In this document: piece after piece, positions 37,376 through 47,321 of the stretch
Position numbering within the stretch: the stretch's first letter is position 1
How the letters are laid out: every line of letters starts with the position of its first letter
Source of the DNA: an uncultured Gammaproteobacteria bacterium
GTDB taxonomy: Bacteria > Patescibacteriota > Patescibacteriia > UBA1558 > 2-01-FULL-52-15
Assembly: GCA_964402565.1 (NCBI GenBank)
Contig: CAYOCJ010000002.1
Span: forward strand, 234,982 to 298,981
Length of the DNA: 64,000 bases
Direction: 5' to 3'
Position numbers and translations under genes: made by a program
The notes under the pieces: model-generated
Seen by the model: only the letters and a program-made list of their open reading frames with translations
Database searches by the model: none
What the model was told of the DNA's origin: nothing

Positions 37376-39370
37376 GTGTCTCTGCGTATGATCGATTTCA
37401 AAAAAGAACTCAATAAAGGGCAGTATGAAGTAGCTAGTTCTGGCGATGGTCCGGTATTGGTTTTGGCAGGCGCCGGGTCAGGGAAGACTCGAGCATTAAC
37501 GTATCGCGTTGCCTATCTTATCGAGCAGAAAGTAGATCCTTCAAGGATCTTGCTTCTGACATTCACGAACAAAGCTGCGCATGAGATGATGACGCGCGTC
37601 GATGCTTTGGTGAAAGATTCGAAGCTGAGCAAGAAAGTATGGGGAGGCACGTTTCACCATGTCGCGCATCGACTGCTTCGCAAAATGGGCTCAGCAGTAG
37701 GTTTGAAAAATAATTTCATCATTCTTGATCGTGAGGACAGTAAAGATTTACTCAAGCGGATCACGAAAGGAATGGCTGATGCAAGCGGTAAGCGCTTACC
37801 ACAGCCAGGGCTTTTCCTGGAAGTCATCAGCTATGCAGTGAGCGCGCAGGTTTCTATAGAAGATGCGCTCATTCGTAAATTTCCTGACGGACTTGATAGG
37901 ATCGAGCTTTTCACCAGAGTTGCCCAGGAATATGAAGCGCGTAAGAAACAAGGTCAGCTCGTAGATTTTGATGATCTGCTTCTGTACTGGTTAAGGTTAT
38001 TGAACTTGCCGAAGGTCAGAGAGAAAATGCAGGGTCTCTGGGAGTATATTCTTGTGGATGAGTATCAGGATACGAATGTGGTGCAGGATACTATCGTGCG
38101 CATCTTGGGAGAGAAGCATAAGAATGTCCTGGTAGTCGGCGATGATGCGCAGAGCATTTATTCTTTCCGGGCCGCAGACATTTCAAACATTTTAAATTTT
38201 CCTAAGGCCTTTCCAAATACTAAAACCATACGCCTGGAAGAAAATTATCGTTCCACGCCTGAAATTTTGGAAGTTGCAAACCATCTGATCAGCCAGAATG
38301 AGCGCCAATTCAAAAAAGAATTATTCACTACTCAGGAAAGTTCAGTAAAACCAGAGCTCATGGTCGCACAAGATCCTTCTGAAGAAGCAGAGATGGTCAC
38401 TGAACGCATTATTGCGCTGGAGAATGAAGGTGTTGATCTGTCCAATATCGCAGTATTGTTCCGAGCTGCCCACCAGAGCCAGGAATTAGAACTTGAATTG
38501 AACCGCAGGGCCATTCCGTACGAAATGCGCGGCGGTATTCGTTTCTTTGAGCGTGCGCATATCAAGGATGCGCTGGCCTATGTGAAAATTGTCGCGAATA
38601 TTCAGGATGAAGTGTCATGGTCGCGGATTCTGCAGCTCTATGAAGGCATCGGTGATGCAGGCGCGCAGAAGATCATTGTGCAGGTCCGGGAATGCGGCAC
38701 TTGGGAATCAGTACAAAATCAGACCATGACCTTAGGAGCGAATGCTGCAAAAGGATGGGGAGCCTTCATGAAGCATATCGGGATCATTTTGCCGAAAGTT
38801 TCTGATGGTCCGGCAGAATTATTGCGCGCCGTTGCGAAAAGTTATCGTGAATATGCGATCTCGGCATTTACTGATTATAAAGATCGACTGGATGATCTGG
38901 AGCAGTTTGCATTATTCGCAGAACGCTATGATGATGTCGATGATTTTCTGGCAGAAACAACCTTGCAGGAAGCGTTTGCAGTACGTCCTGGCACTGAGAG
39001 TAAGGATGAGAAAGGCGTCGTCTTGAGCACCATTCATCAGGCAAAGGGTTTAGAGTGGCATACGGTCTTTATCACGCACCTCACGCAAAATTCTATTCCG
39101 CATCCAAAGGCAATGATGGAAAAAGACGGACTCGAAGAAGAGCGCAGGCTTATGTATGTTGCCATCACGCGGGCTCAGCGGCGGCTGTATTTACTGTATC
39201 CATTGTCCACGTCGCGCTATACGGTTGGCCTGAATCAGCCGTCTCAATTTTTGCAGGAGATCGATCCGCAGATGCTGAATGGGACTCTTGAATTAGATGA
39301 CAGTGAACGGTATATTAATGTGGACGAAGATGGCAATCGAAGTTATTTGCCGTCGATAGATAGGTTATAG
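37376..39370 (+). CDS. uvrD: ATP-dependent DNA helicase, UvrD/PcrA/Rep family
   Basis: 664 aa. GPVLVLAGAGSGKTRALTYRVAYLI (motif I), ILVDEYQDTN (motif II), VVGDDAQSIYSFRAA, TIHQAKGLEW, VAITRAQRRL. Confidence 0.9.
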   Translation: MSLRMIDFKKELNKGQYEVASSGDGPVLVLAGAGSGKTRALTYRVAYLIEQKVDPSRILLLTFTNKAAHEMMTRVDALVKDSKLSKKVWGGTFHHVAHRLLRKMGSAVGLKNNFIILDREDSKDLLKRITKGMADASGKRLPQPGLFLEVISYAVSAQVSIEDALIRKFPDGLDRIELFTRVAQEYEARKKQGQLVDFDDLLLYWLRLLNLPKVREKMQGLWEYILVDEYQDTNVVQDTIVRILGEKHKNVLVVGDDAQSIYSFRAADISNILNFPKAFPNTKTIRLEENYRSTPEILEVANHLISQNERQFKKELFTTQESSVKPELMVAQDPSEEAEMVTERIIALENEGVDLSNIAVLFRAAHQSQELELELNRRAIPYEMRGGIRFFERAHIKDALAYVKIVANIQDEVSWSRILQLYEGIGDAGAQKIIVQVRECGTWESVQNQTMTLGANAAKGWGAFMKHIGIILPKVSDGPAELLRAVAKSYREYAISAFTDYKDRLDDLEQFALFAERYDDVDDFLAETTLQEAFAVRPGTESKDEKGVVLSTIHQAKGLEWHTVFITHLTQNSIPHPKAMMEKDGLEEERRLMYVAITRAQRRLYLLYPLSTSRYTVGLNQPSQFLQEIDPQMLNGTLELDDSERYINVDEDGNRSYLPSIDRL

Positions 39371-39371
39371 T

Positions 39372-39818
39372 ATGCAGCCAGGGATTGATTATATCGGAGT
39401 GAATGTCGGGTTCATTTGTCATGATGGCAAAGGAAACATTTTACTTCATCTGAGAAGTGATAAGACGCGAGATGAGCATTTTACCTGGGATGCAGGCGGC
39501 GGTCAGGTAGAATTTGGAGAAACGCCCGAGCAGGCTGTGATCCGTGAAGTTTTGGAGGAATATGGCTGCACTCCACTGCGTGTAGACCATATTGCGCAGC
39601 TTACCTTGCTCCGAGAGCATGAAGGAATGCCAACACATTGGCTCGCAAATATTTTTGCAATCAAGATAAACCCTGATGATGCAAAGATTATGGAGCCGGA
39701 GAAAAATTTAGAAATGAAATGGTATGCATTAGACGCGCTACCCGAGAAGCTGCACACTGCGCCGAAAAATATAATTGATAATCATAAAAATAAATTATTA
39801 ATGTATATTTTTTCATGA
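39372..39818 (+). CDS. NUDIX hydrolase
   Basis: Nudix box GGGQVEFGETPEQAVIREVLEEYG. Confidence 0.8.
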   Translation: MQPGIDYIGVNVGFICHDGKGNILLHLRSDKTRDEHFTWDAGGGQVEFGETPEQAVIREVLEEYGCTPLRVDHIAQLTLLREHEGMPTHWLANIFAIKINPDDAKIMEPEKNLEMKWYALDALPEKLHTAPKNIIDNHKNKLLMYIFS

Positions 39819-40591
39819 ACGACAAACTCGTCCTCGACCTTGAAACCAAAAAAACATTTGAAGAAGTGGGCGGCTACCATAACGCTGATAAACTTGGCAT
39901 TTCTTTGGTCGGCGTATATTCATATGCACGAAATCAGTATCGGGCATTTCGTGAAGAAGAATTCAAAGAATTGAAAGAATGGCTGGAAGCATCAGACCTC
40001 ATTATCGGTTTTAACAGCAAACATTTTGATTTTACCGTGCTGCAGCCCTATTATCCGAAATATGATCTGTCGAAGTTGCCGCACTTGGATATTTTAGAAG
40101 AAGTTGTCTATGCATTAGGACATCGTCTGAAACTGGAGAGTATTGCACAAGCCACGCTCGGACACGGCAAATCAGGAGATGGTCTGGATGCGATAAAATA
40201 TTTCAGAGAAGGCGACTGGGCAAGTCTCGAGAAATATTGTTTGGACGATGTGCGTGTCACGAAGGAAGTGTATGATTATGGCGTATCGCATGGCTATATC
40301 TGGTATGCGAATTATGGGGTGAAAGAAAAGATACAGGCGCGCTGGTCAAAGGGTGAGACCGTAGAGGATATTGTGAAACGCGCTGTCACCAAAGGCCTGC
40401 AGCTGGAAATCGATTACATTGATGACGATGGTGCAGCGACTACGAGAAAAATAGATATTCAGAGCGTTTCAGGCAATAAGATCAAAGCGTATTGCCATTT
40501 GCGCCAAGGATTGCGGTATTTCGACCTTGCAAAAATTACGAAGGCGGCAGATACTGGACCTATGCAGAGTTTCCAGAAAAGTTTGCTTTAA
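39815..40591 (+). CDS. DEDD-family 3'-5' exonuclease domain protein with C-terminal extension
   Basis: LVLDLETKK (Exo I D-x-E), IIGFNSKHFDF (Exo II), YCLDDVRVTKEVY (Exo III-like). ~80-aa C-terminal domain. Confidence 0.6.
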   Translation: MNDKLVLDLETKKTFEEVGGYHNADKLGISLVGVYSYARNQYRAFREEEFKELKEWLEASDLIIGFNSKHFDFTVLQPYYPKYDLSKLPHLDILEEVVYALGHRLKLESIAQATLGHGKSGDGLDAIKYFREGDWASLEKYCLDDVRVTKEVYDYGVSHGYIWYANYGVKEKIQARWSKGETVEDIVKRAVTKGLQLEIDYIDDDGAATTRKIDIQSVSGNKIKAYCHLRQGLRYFDLAKITKAADTGPMQSFQKSLL

Positions 40592-40609
40592 TCAACTAAC
40601 GATAACACC

Positions 40610-40930
40610 ATGCGAGTGGAAGAGATCTATGCGGCACCGAAGATGCCAAAGCGCAATGAGCCGAGCTCTGGTGAGCAAGAATTTGATGAACAGTATATAG
40701 ATCATATTGTCGCTGCTGTTTCTTTCAAAGAGCATCCGAATTTTGGTATGTATTTCAAAGAAGTCGATCCGAACACAGGGTTGGTCAATGTGTATAAGAC
40801 TAAGGACAATAGCATGCTCTTATCATTGACCCCCGAGGAATTCGCTGCAAGAAAAATTGCACAAGCTGCAGATCATTTGCCCGACGGATCAGACGCTCTC
40901 AAAGATATGCGGACCGCGAAATGGCACTAA
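40610..40930 (+). CDS. Hypothetical protein (106 aa)
   Basis: No motif. Followed by a strong bidirectional terminator. Confidence 0.45.
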   Translation: MRVEEIYAAPKMPKRNEPSSGEQEFDEQYIDHIVAAVSFKEHPNFGMYFKEVDPNTGLVNVYKTKDNSMLLSLTPEEFAARKIAQAADHLPDGSDALKDMRTAKWH

Positions 40931-40947
40931 GTACATAACGTGATTTG

Positions 40948-40983
40948 AAAACCGCCCCGATGTACATCGGGGCGGTTTTTATT
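40948..40983. terminator. Bidirectional rho-independent terminator (17-bp stem)
   Basis: aaaaccgccccgatgta/catcggggcggtttt palindrome followed by TTTATT. Confidence 0.6.
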
Positions 40984-40986
40984 CAC

Positions 40987-41550
40987 TTACTCAGTAAATT
41001 TGAAACTTTGAATGATATCCGGGAAAATGAATCGTTCTTGCGTGGTTCCAGGCGTAAGGTCTATGGTGACGCGTGCGCCATTTTTCTCAAATGCATAGGT
41101 ATTGGTTTTTTGCGGGTCTGCTCCGTCGATAGGTTTTCGTTTCATGAGAGCTCCATTGACGAAGACTGCGGTGCCTGGCAGCTTCTCAAAAGACTCAGAA
41201 GGATGATTCGTTGCAGTCACGCGAATAGCCAGATTGGATGCAGCGGTATCTTTCGAGGTGATAGACACCGATGCTTCATCAGTCGTGTTATGTTCAGCAA
41301 CGGTCATAGCATCGGGATGCCACAGTTCGAAGCCAAAATTTCCCCCTTTGTAGGTATAGGTCGATCCGCCTGATGCCATGGTCGGATGATTCAGGAGATC
41401 GCCAGCTGAGCCCAGGTCTACATCGAGAGAGTTGGTATCTTTTGAATCAACAACGGCATTCTGCGGGCTCTGCGCTGACGGGGGTGTTTTCTTCCACCAG
41501 CAACCGCTTAACACCAGGGGTATGATGAGCAAAAAGAGAAATTTTTTCAT
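40987..41550 (-). CDS. Putative lipoprotein (signal peptide + lipobox LSGC)
   Basis: MKKFLFLLIIPLVLSGCWW; otherwise Thr/Ser/Asp-rich beta protein. Confidence 0.6.
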   Translation of the reverse strand: MKKFLFLLIIPLVLSGCWWKKTPPSAQSPQNAVVDSKDTNSLDVDLGSAGDLLNHPTMASGGSTYTYKGGNFGFELWHPDAMTVAEHNTTDEASVSITSKDTAASNLAIRVTATNHPSESFEKLPGTAVFVNGALMKRKPIDGADPQKTNTYAFEKNGARVTIDLTPGTTQERFIFPDIIQSFKFTE

Positions 41551-41591
41551 GCACTTAGGATACCACGTGTCGACAAAACAAAAAAGTTCGC

Positions 41592-43277
41592 TTAGAGCGT
41601 CACATCGTATACCTTGATCGTCGAAGGCGGGGTCGTATTATGTATGGCATGCACCGGCGCTTTGGCCCACTGCAAGGTCGTTTCGATGACATCGATATAT
41701 TTGTTATACTCCCTTCCCTCATCTGAATCTGGCTGTACATCACCGTCGATAGTGATGAACCAAAAATGTTTGGCGCCTCTCGATTGCAAGAACGCAAAAA
41801 AATTGGTATCGCCGGGGTTGCTTTCGTTCATTAGCTTCAATACATAGTTGAGCGAGACGATGGGCCGGTCATAGTAAAATTGATACCGGCGCAGATACCA
41901 GATGAATGAGAACCAATTCATCCGTTCATCGATGATGATGGTATTGTTCAGAGACTGATCAATGCCGACTTTCGTGTCAGCCATAGTCAGGATCTTTTTT
42001 CTGGGCGGCAGAGGGCCATATACCGTGCTGCGGAGGTACTCGTCCAATGCATGGTAGTTTCTTTGATAGAATCGGTCAGTGGCAAATGAAATGCCTGCAT
42101 GCCCCAGCGGTGTGAGCAGCAGATTGGTATTGATGCTATAGAAACATTCAATGACCGCGACCACCGACAGGATGGTATAGCTGATGCGTCTGAGCTCAGG
42201 AGCTTCTTTTCGTACCGCATAGATGCTTATCCCGAGCAAAATGGAAAAAAGCGGCATGAGTATCGTCAGGAAACGCGCCTGTGCACCTGCGACCAGGAAC
42301 ATCGCGGACGCAAAGAGTATGCCGAGAGTTGCGATCGTTTGTAAGACGCTGTTTTTTCTGCGCCAGAGCATCACGATGCTGGCGCAAAATACAATGCCAA
42401 GGATCACCGTAGTGGGTAATGACTCGTTCCTCAGAAAAATACTTATGACACTTTCAGCATTGGCGACCAGGTTCAAGTTGACGCTTCGGTTGAAGAGCGC
42501 CTGATAATCAGCAGTATGCATGCCGAGCATGGATGACAATGCGGCATCGAAATGTCCGCGTGTTTGAAATACGAATATGTTAAAAATGATGACCGGCAGC
42601 ATCATAACGGGCACGATGAGCCATGAGAGCCAAAAGCGCTTCTGCGAAAAAAGTTTTTTATTGTGCAGCCATATGGCTGCCAGTATGGTCGGTATCAAAA
42701 AGATCGACGTATACTTCGTCATTAATGCGCAGCCTAAGTACAAGTTTAACCCAAGTGCAGAAGATAGGTCTCCGCGATCTATCAATAGCTTCAGGAAAAA
42801 CACAACAGCTATCACGAAAAAAACTTGTATGCCCTCGATATATCCAGTCCGGCTCATCCACACGCCATAGGAGCCTACAGCTAGCAATGCGGTGCCTATA
42901 GTAGCTGAGGGCGCATCAGTTGATCTATACAGCAGGAACCAGAGCAAGATCACGCTCGCCACTCCCGTGACTGCAAATGGTAAGAATGCTGAAAGATCGT
43001 TATCACCGAAGACCGCAAAGAAAAAATGCTGGATGATAAAGCTCAACGGCGGATGATCATGGAAAGACAACTTTGACCACCAGGGCATTACCCCGAGCCA
43101 GACAAGCGGCGTGGTTTGATTATCATCTGCCAGATAATCCTCATAGCCAACGGCACGAAAACTATTCAATGCCTGATCATGCTGGACATCGAGCTTGGTG
43201 ATGCCGTAAAACCTGAAAAAGACGCTCAGTAATATAAGCAGGGTCAATGTCAGTTTATTGATGCGCGACATCGTCAT
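41592..43277 (-). CDS. GT-C fold membrane glycosyltransferase (ArnT/PMT-like, putative)
   Basis: 561 aa. About 11 N-terminal TM helices followed by a ~150-aa C-terminal soluble domain. Overall architecture of family 39/83 glycosyltransferases. First-loop motif reads HDQ rather than DE. Confidence 0.5.
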   Translation of the reverse strand: MTMSRINKLTLTLLILLSVFFRFYGITKLDVQHDQALNSFRAVGYEDYLADDNQTTPLVWLGVMPWWSKLSFHDHPPLSFIIQHFFFAVFGDNDLSAFLPFAVTGVASVILLWFLLYRSTDAPSATIGTALLAVGSYGVWMSRTGYIEGIQVFFVIAVVFFLKLLIDRGDLSSALGLNLYLGCALMTKYTSIFLIPTILAAIWLHNKKLFSQKRFWLSWLIVPVMMLPVIIFNIFVFQTRGHFDAALSSMLGMHTADYQALFNRSVNLNLVANAESVISIFLRNESLPTTVILGIVFCASIVMLWRRKNSVLQTIATLGILFASAMFLVAGAQARFLTILMPLFSILLGISIYAVRKEAPELRRISYTILSVVAVIECFYSINTNLLLTPLGHAGISFATDRFYQRNYHALDEYLRSTVYGPLPPRKKILTMADTKVGIDQSLNNTIIIDERMNWFSFIWYLRRYQFYYDRPIVSLNYVLKLMNESNPGDTNFFAFLQSRGAKHFWFITIDGDVQPDSDEGREYNKYIDVIETTLQWAKAPVHAIHNTTPPSTIKVYDVTL

Positions 43278-43288
43278 GAGCGTATAGA

Positions 43289-44137
43289 TCAGGTGCTGGA
43301 TTTTCGCTGGCGTGCCAATAGTACCGTATTGAAGAGGAGCATGGCCACTGTCATCGGTCCGACGCCGCCAGGTACGGGGGTTATAAAGGATGTTTTCGGA
43401 GCAACGCTGTCAAAATCAACATCGCCCAGAGTCCTGCCGTCTTTTTTTGAAATGCCTACATCGATAATGATAGAACCCTCTTTGATCATAGTGTTCCTAA
43501 GCCAGAGTGGTTTGCCGACAGCTGTAATGATGATATCTGCAGCTTTTGCCGCAGAGGCTATCTGCGGATCATCAGGACGAATGACACCGCTTTTCACCAT
43601 ATTGAGCGCAAGTAAGGCAGCAAGTGGCTTAGAAAATTCTTCGCTCTTGCTAATGATGAGCGCTTCTTTGCCTTCATACTGCTCCAGGCCGGTCGAAGCC
43701 AGCAGCGTCCAAATGCCTAACGGCAATCCTGGAAGCAAATGTTGTTTTTTACCCGCAAGGAGACTTTCGATATTTTTTTTATGGAAACCATCAACGTCTT
43801 TGCGATAATCCATAGCATCAATGATCTTTTGCTGGTCAAGATGCTTCGGTAATGGCAGCTGGATAAGGATAGCATCGATCTGCGGGTCATCGTTTAAAAA
43901 TTGTACTGTAGCAAGAACATCAGCTTCGGAGGTATTCTCAGTAAGCAAATATTTGTGGAAGCCAATCCCTGCTTTTTTACAGGCCTGTTCTTTCAGCTTC
44001 ACATAGAGAAGAGATGCGGGATCATCACCGACAAGGATGACGGCAAGCTGCGGCTCGAGACCTTCGTCGACTATCGCTTCAGTGACTTCCGCGATGATAT
44101 CAGCGGCTAATTTTTTCCCGTCTATAATTTTGTACAT
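43289..44137 (-). CDS. folD: Bifunctional methylenetetrahydrofolate dehydrogenase/cyclohydrolase
   Basis: GKKLA...LAVILVGDDPASLLYVKLKEQACKKAGI, PGGVGPMTVAMLLFNTV. Confidence 0.9.
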   Translation of the reverse strand: MYKIIDGKKLAADIIAEVTEAIVDEGLEPQLAVILVGDDPASLLYVKLKEQACKKAGIGFHKYLLTENTSEADVLATVQFLNDDPQIDAILIQLPLPKHLDQQKIIDAMDYRKDVDGFHKKNIESLLAGKKQHLLPGLPLGIWTLLASTGLEQYEGKEALIISKSEEFSKPLAALLALNMVKSGVIRPDDPQIASAAKAADIIITAVGKPLWLRNTMIKEGSIIIDVGISKKDGRTLGDVDFDSVAPKTSFITPVPGGVGPMTVAMLLFNTVLLARQRKSST

Positions 44138-44138
44138 G

Positions 44139-45389
44139 TTAGCCGAGTTCAGGGTAGAGGGGGAAGTTTTTCATAAGTTCAGTTACTGCAGGTTTTTGAG
44201 TTGCAGCAGATTCAGGGTTTTTCAGGATCTTAACAATGATCTCCCCGAGGATCCTCATTTCTTGTTCTTTGAGTCCGCGAGTCGTCAGCGCAGGCGTGCC
44301 AAGACGAATACCTGATGGATCCATTGGTTTGCGCGTATCATCAGGTATCGCATTTTTGTTTACGGTGATGCCAGCTTCATCGAGAGCGTGCTCGGCGATC
44401 TTGCCCGTGGTGCCGAGGGGAGTGACGTCGAGAAGCAGCAGGTGGTTTTCTGTGGTGCCATGGCAGATCTTGAGACTTGCGTCTTTGAACACCATTTCAA
44501 GCGCCTTTGCGTTTGCGATGACCTGCTTTGCATAATCGCTGAATGCCGGCTCGAGCGCTTCTTTGAACGCAACAGCCTTGGCAGCAATGTTATTTTCATG
44601 CGGCCCGCCCTGGAAGCCAGGGAAAACGCTTTTATCTATTGCCTGAGCGAATTTTTCTTTGCACAAAATCATGCCGCCGCGCGGGCCGCGCAATGTCTTA
44701 TGCGTCGTGGTGGTGACAATGTCAAATATTTCCACTGGATTCTTGAGTTGCTTGCCGGCAATGAGTCCTGCGATATGGGCCATATCCATCATCGTGATAG
44801 CGCCAACTTCATCGGCAATCTCTTTCAGTTTTACATAATCCAATTCCCGCGAATATGCAGAGAATCCTGCGAGAAGGATTTTGGGCTTATGTTCGAGTGC
44901 CATCTGGCGGACATTGTCATAGTCGATCAGACCAGTAGCAATTGTTGTCTTATAGCGTACGAAGTTAAAGACCTTGGTCATATAGGTCACCGGATGGCCA
45001 TGCGTCAGATGTCCGCCATGGCCCAGGTCCATGCCGAGGACTGTATCGCCTGGCTGTAAGAGAGCAAAATAAACAGCAATGTTAGCAGGAGCGCCCGAGA
45101 GCGGCTGTACGTTTACATGTTCTGCGCCGAAGAGTTTTTTTGCGCGTTCAATAGCAAGTGTCTCTATTTGGTCAATAAATTCACAACCGCCATAGTAGCG
45201 CTTGCCAGAGTATCCTTCCGAATATTTGTTTGTCAGCACCGAACCAAGCGCCTCGAGCACGGCCAGAGAGGCGAAGTTCTCAGAGGGTATCATTTCAGCG
45301 CCGCTGCGCTGGCGTTCGAGCTCTTTAACTATAGAGGAATGGAGTTCTGGATCGTAGGTTTGGAGTATTGACATAAGGTTATGAGTCAT
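44139..45389 (-). CDS. glyA: Serine hydroxymethyltransferase
   Basis: HLTHGHPVTYMTKVFNF, TTTTHKTLRGPRGG (PLP lysine). Start moved to MTHNLMSILQTYDPEL. The ORF track start adds 12 residues. Confidence 0.9.
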   Translation of the reverse strand: MTHNLMSILQTYDPELHSSIVKELERQRSGAEMIPSENFASLAVLEALGSVLTNKYSEGYSGKRYYGGCEFIDQIETLAIERAKKLFGAEHVNVQPLSGAPANIAVYFALLQPGDTVLGMDLGHGGHLTHGHPVTYMTKVFNFVRYKTTIATGLIDYDNVRQMALEHKPKILLAGFSAYSRELDYVKLKEIADEVGAITMMDMAHIAGLIAGKQLKNPVEIFDIVTTTTHKTLRGPRGGMILCKEKFAQAIDKSVFPGFQGGPHENNIAAKAVAFKEALEPAFSDYAKQVIANAKALEMVFKDASLKICHGTTENHLLLLDVTPLGTTGKIAEHALDEAGITVNKNAIPDDTRKPMDPSGIRLGTPALTTRGLKEQEMRILGEIIVKILKNPESAATQKPAVTELMKNFPLYPELG

Positions 45390-45720
45390 TCCGAATCCCC
45401 GAAGCCGAGGGGTGAGGAATCTCACCAGTCTCTACACTTCGCAGCAGATCCGTAAATGTAGGATTTGTAGTTTTAATCAATTTTATTTTCTTTTCTCTAC
45501 GCCAGCCCTTTATCTCTTTTTCCCTTTGGATGGCGCTGAGAGCGTCTCGGTAGACATCATAGAATACAAGTTTGTGAGCATGGAATCGTTTTACAAAACT
45601 TGAATCTACAGCCTCTCTGTGCTCAATTATTCTTCTTTCAAGGTTATTCGTGATACCAACGTAGATGACTGTATCAAATACGTTGGTCAGTATATAAACA
45701 AAATACGTATCGCTTTTCAT
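45379..45720 (-). CDS. GIY-YIG nuclease-family protein (YhbQ/UPF0213-like)
   Basis: YFVYILTN...IYVGITNNLERRIIEHRE...REKEIKGWRREKKIKLI. Short overlap with the glyA start. Confidence 0.75.
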   Translation of the reverse strand: MKSDTYFVYILTNVFDTVIYVGITNNLERRIIEHREAVDSSFVKRFHAHKLVFYDVYRDALSAIQREKEIKGWRREKKIKLIKTTNPTFTDLLRSVETGEIPHPSASGIRNDS

Positions 45721-45812
45721 GGCTTGTATCTTGTGAGATCCCTCCCGCGTTGCTACGCAGTTCGGGATGACGGTTGCATTTATATCATAGTCTTACCCTA
45801 CCGGTTTTTGTA

Positions 45813-46445
45813 TCATTTGAAAAGCCTCTTGCCCTGCTTATTCCATTCGATGACCTTGCCGAAAGACGCCTCGATGCTGTCGGCCTTTCGAAGGCTTTGT
45901 AAGTTGCTTGTTGGTGCAACAGGCAGATGCTTTGATCGGTCGAGCGCACGGGGAATAAAAAAGAGGTCTTGTTCGCTTATCATCCAGTGTTTGTTGTCGA
46001 ATATTGAGAGGTCGAAAGGCAGCGAATACGAGAGCATGGTTTTTGTGCCATTGTTAAGGAAGTATTCATGAAAATAGGAAAGAGCTAGCTCTCGAATATT
46101 TTTATATACCGGCTCGCGGTAGCGGAGGACGGCATGATTGGTCTTACTGACTGCGCCCCAGTAGCCATTTTTCTTGAAAAGGGCTACCACATGATCGTCG
46201 TCGCCTTTGGCGGATTTCAGATCCATAATGAATGGTTTGTGGCCATGCAAGCGGAGCGCGAGCGCAGCGAGCATTGCACCTTCCATGCAATGCGCCTTCT
46301 TTTCACGTAGCACGCGCCTAGGCGACATGCAGGTTTCGCCTTTCAATTCGAAATTATTTGCGATTGAATTCAAAAAGTCCTGGATTTTAGAAGGTGTGTC
46401 CAGCTTTCGTACTAATTGCAACTCGGGTGCCGTCAGATTAAACAT
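45813..46445 (-). CDS. Hypothetical protein with a possible transglutaminase-like Cys-His-Asp core
   Basis: KAHCMEGAMLAALALRLHGHKPFIMDL ... DDDHVVALF resembles the papain-like transglutaminase core. Weak. Confidence 0.35.
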   Translation of the reverse strand: MFNLTAPELQLVRKLDTPSKIQDFLNSIANNFELKGETCMSPRRVLREKKAHCMEGAMLAALALRLHGHKPFIMDLKSAKGDDDHVVALFKKNGYWGAVSKTNHAVLRYREPVYKNIRELALSYFHEYFLNNGTKTMLSYSLPFDLSIFDNKHWMISEQDLFFIPRALDRSKHLPVAPTSNLQSLRKADSIEASFGKVIEWNKQGKRLFK

Positions 46446-46493
46446 AGATTTAGTATAGCGTTTTTTTCTTTTTATTGTTATAGTAGCGTTACT

Positions 46494-47306
46494 ATGAAGA
46501 AAACTCCGACGAATAAAAAATTGATCGTATTTGATCTTGATGGCACGCTTGCGCCGAGCAAGTCTGTCATTGATTCTGAAATGGAAAAGTTACTGAAGGA
46601 ATTACTTTCGGTGCGGAAAGTAGCGGTTATCGGCGGCGGTAAGTATGCATTATTCCAGCAACAGCTCTTAGAGCGATTGCACGGTTCAAAAGAACTGTTT
46701 GCCCGCTTATTCCTTTTTCCGACGACTTCCACCGCGTTTTATCGTTATGAACGCGGGAAGTGGAAAAATATCTATAAACTTGAGTTGACACCGCGAGATC
46801 GCAAGAAAATCGTACAAACGTTCAATGAAGTCTTCAAAGAAATAGGTTATCAGCATCCGGTAAAGACCTATGGCAAGGTCATTGAAGATCGACGTACTCA
46901 GGTTACCTTTTCAGCGCTTGGCCAGGAGATCGTAGCTGTCCTTGGGCCCAAAGGCGTACGCATGAAAGACGAATGGAAAGAAAAAAATACGCCGATCAAG
47001 CTGAAGATCGCCAAACTGATGCAGAAAAAGTTACCGCATCTCGAGGTCCGCGCCGCAGGGCACACCTCGGTCGATGTAACCCGCAAAGGCATCGATAAGG
47101 CATATGGACTGAAACAGATTGAGAAGCATTTGCATGTGCCGATCCGCGACATGCTGTTCATTGGCGACGCTATTTTCCCCGGCGGCAATGACTATGCGAT
47201 CGTCCGAACGCGCGTACAGTATGTCAAAGTGAAAGACCCGAAGGATACCAAAAAAGTCATACGCGATATTTTGAAAGCAGCTGCACAAGGGAAACCAAAG
47301 CGTTAA
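46494..47306 (+). CDS. HAD-superfamily hydrolase, subfamily IIB
   Basis: LIVFDLDGTLA motif I, cap domain, GDAIFPGGNDYA motif IV. Start moved to MKKTPTNKK. Confidence 0.7.
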   Translation: MKKTPTNKKLIVFDLDGTLAPSKSVIDSEMEKLLKELLSVRKVAVIGGGKYALFQQQLLERLHGSKELFARLFLFPTTSTAFYRYERGKWKNIYKLELTPRDRKKIVQTFNEVFKEIGYQHPVKTYGKVIEDRRTQVTFSALGQEIVAVLGPKGVRMKDEWKEKNTPIKLKIAKLMQKKLPHLEVRAAGHTSVDVTRKGIDKAYGLKQIEKHLHVPIRDMLFIGDAIFPGGNDYAIVRTRVQYVKVKDPKDTKKVIRDILKAAAQGKPKR

Positions 47307-47321
47307 AAAGATCGAGACGTT

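Noticed and set aside
44388-45059. 223-aa plus-strand ORF antisense to glyA, and 45117..45371
   Set aside because: glyA on the minus strand is unambiguous (PLP-lysine motif, full length).
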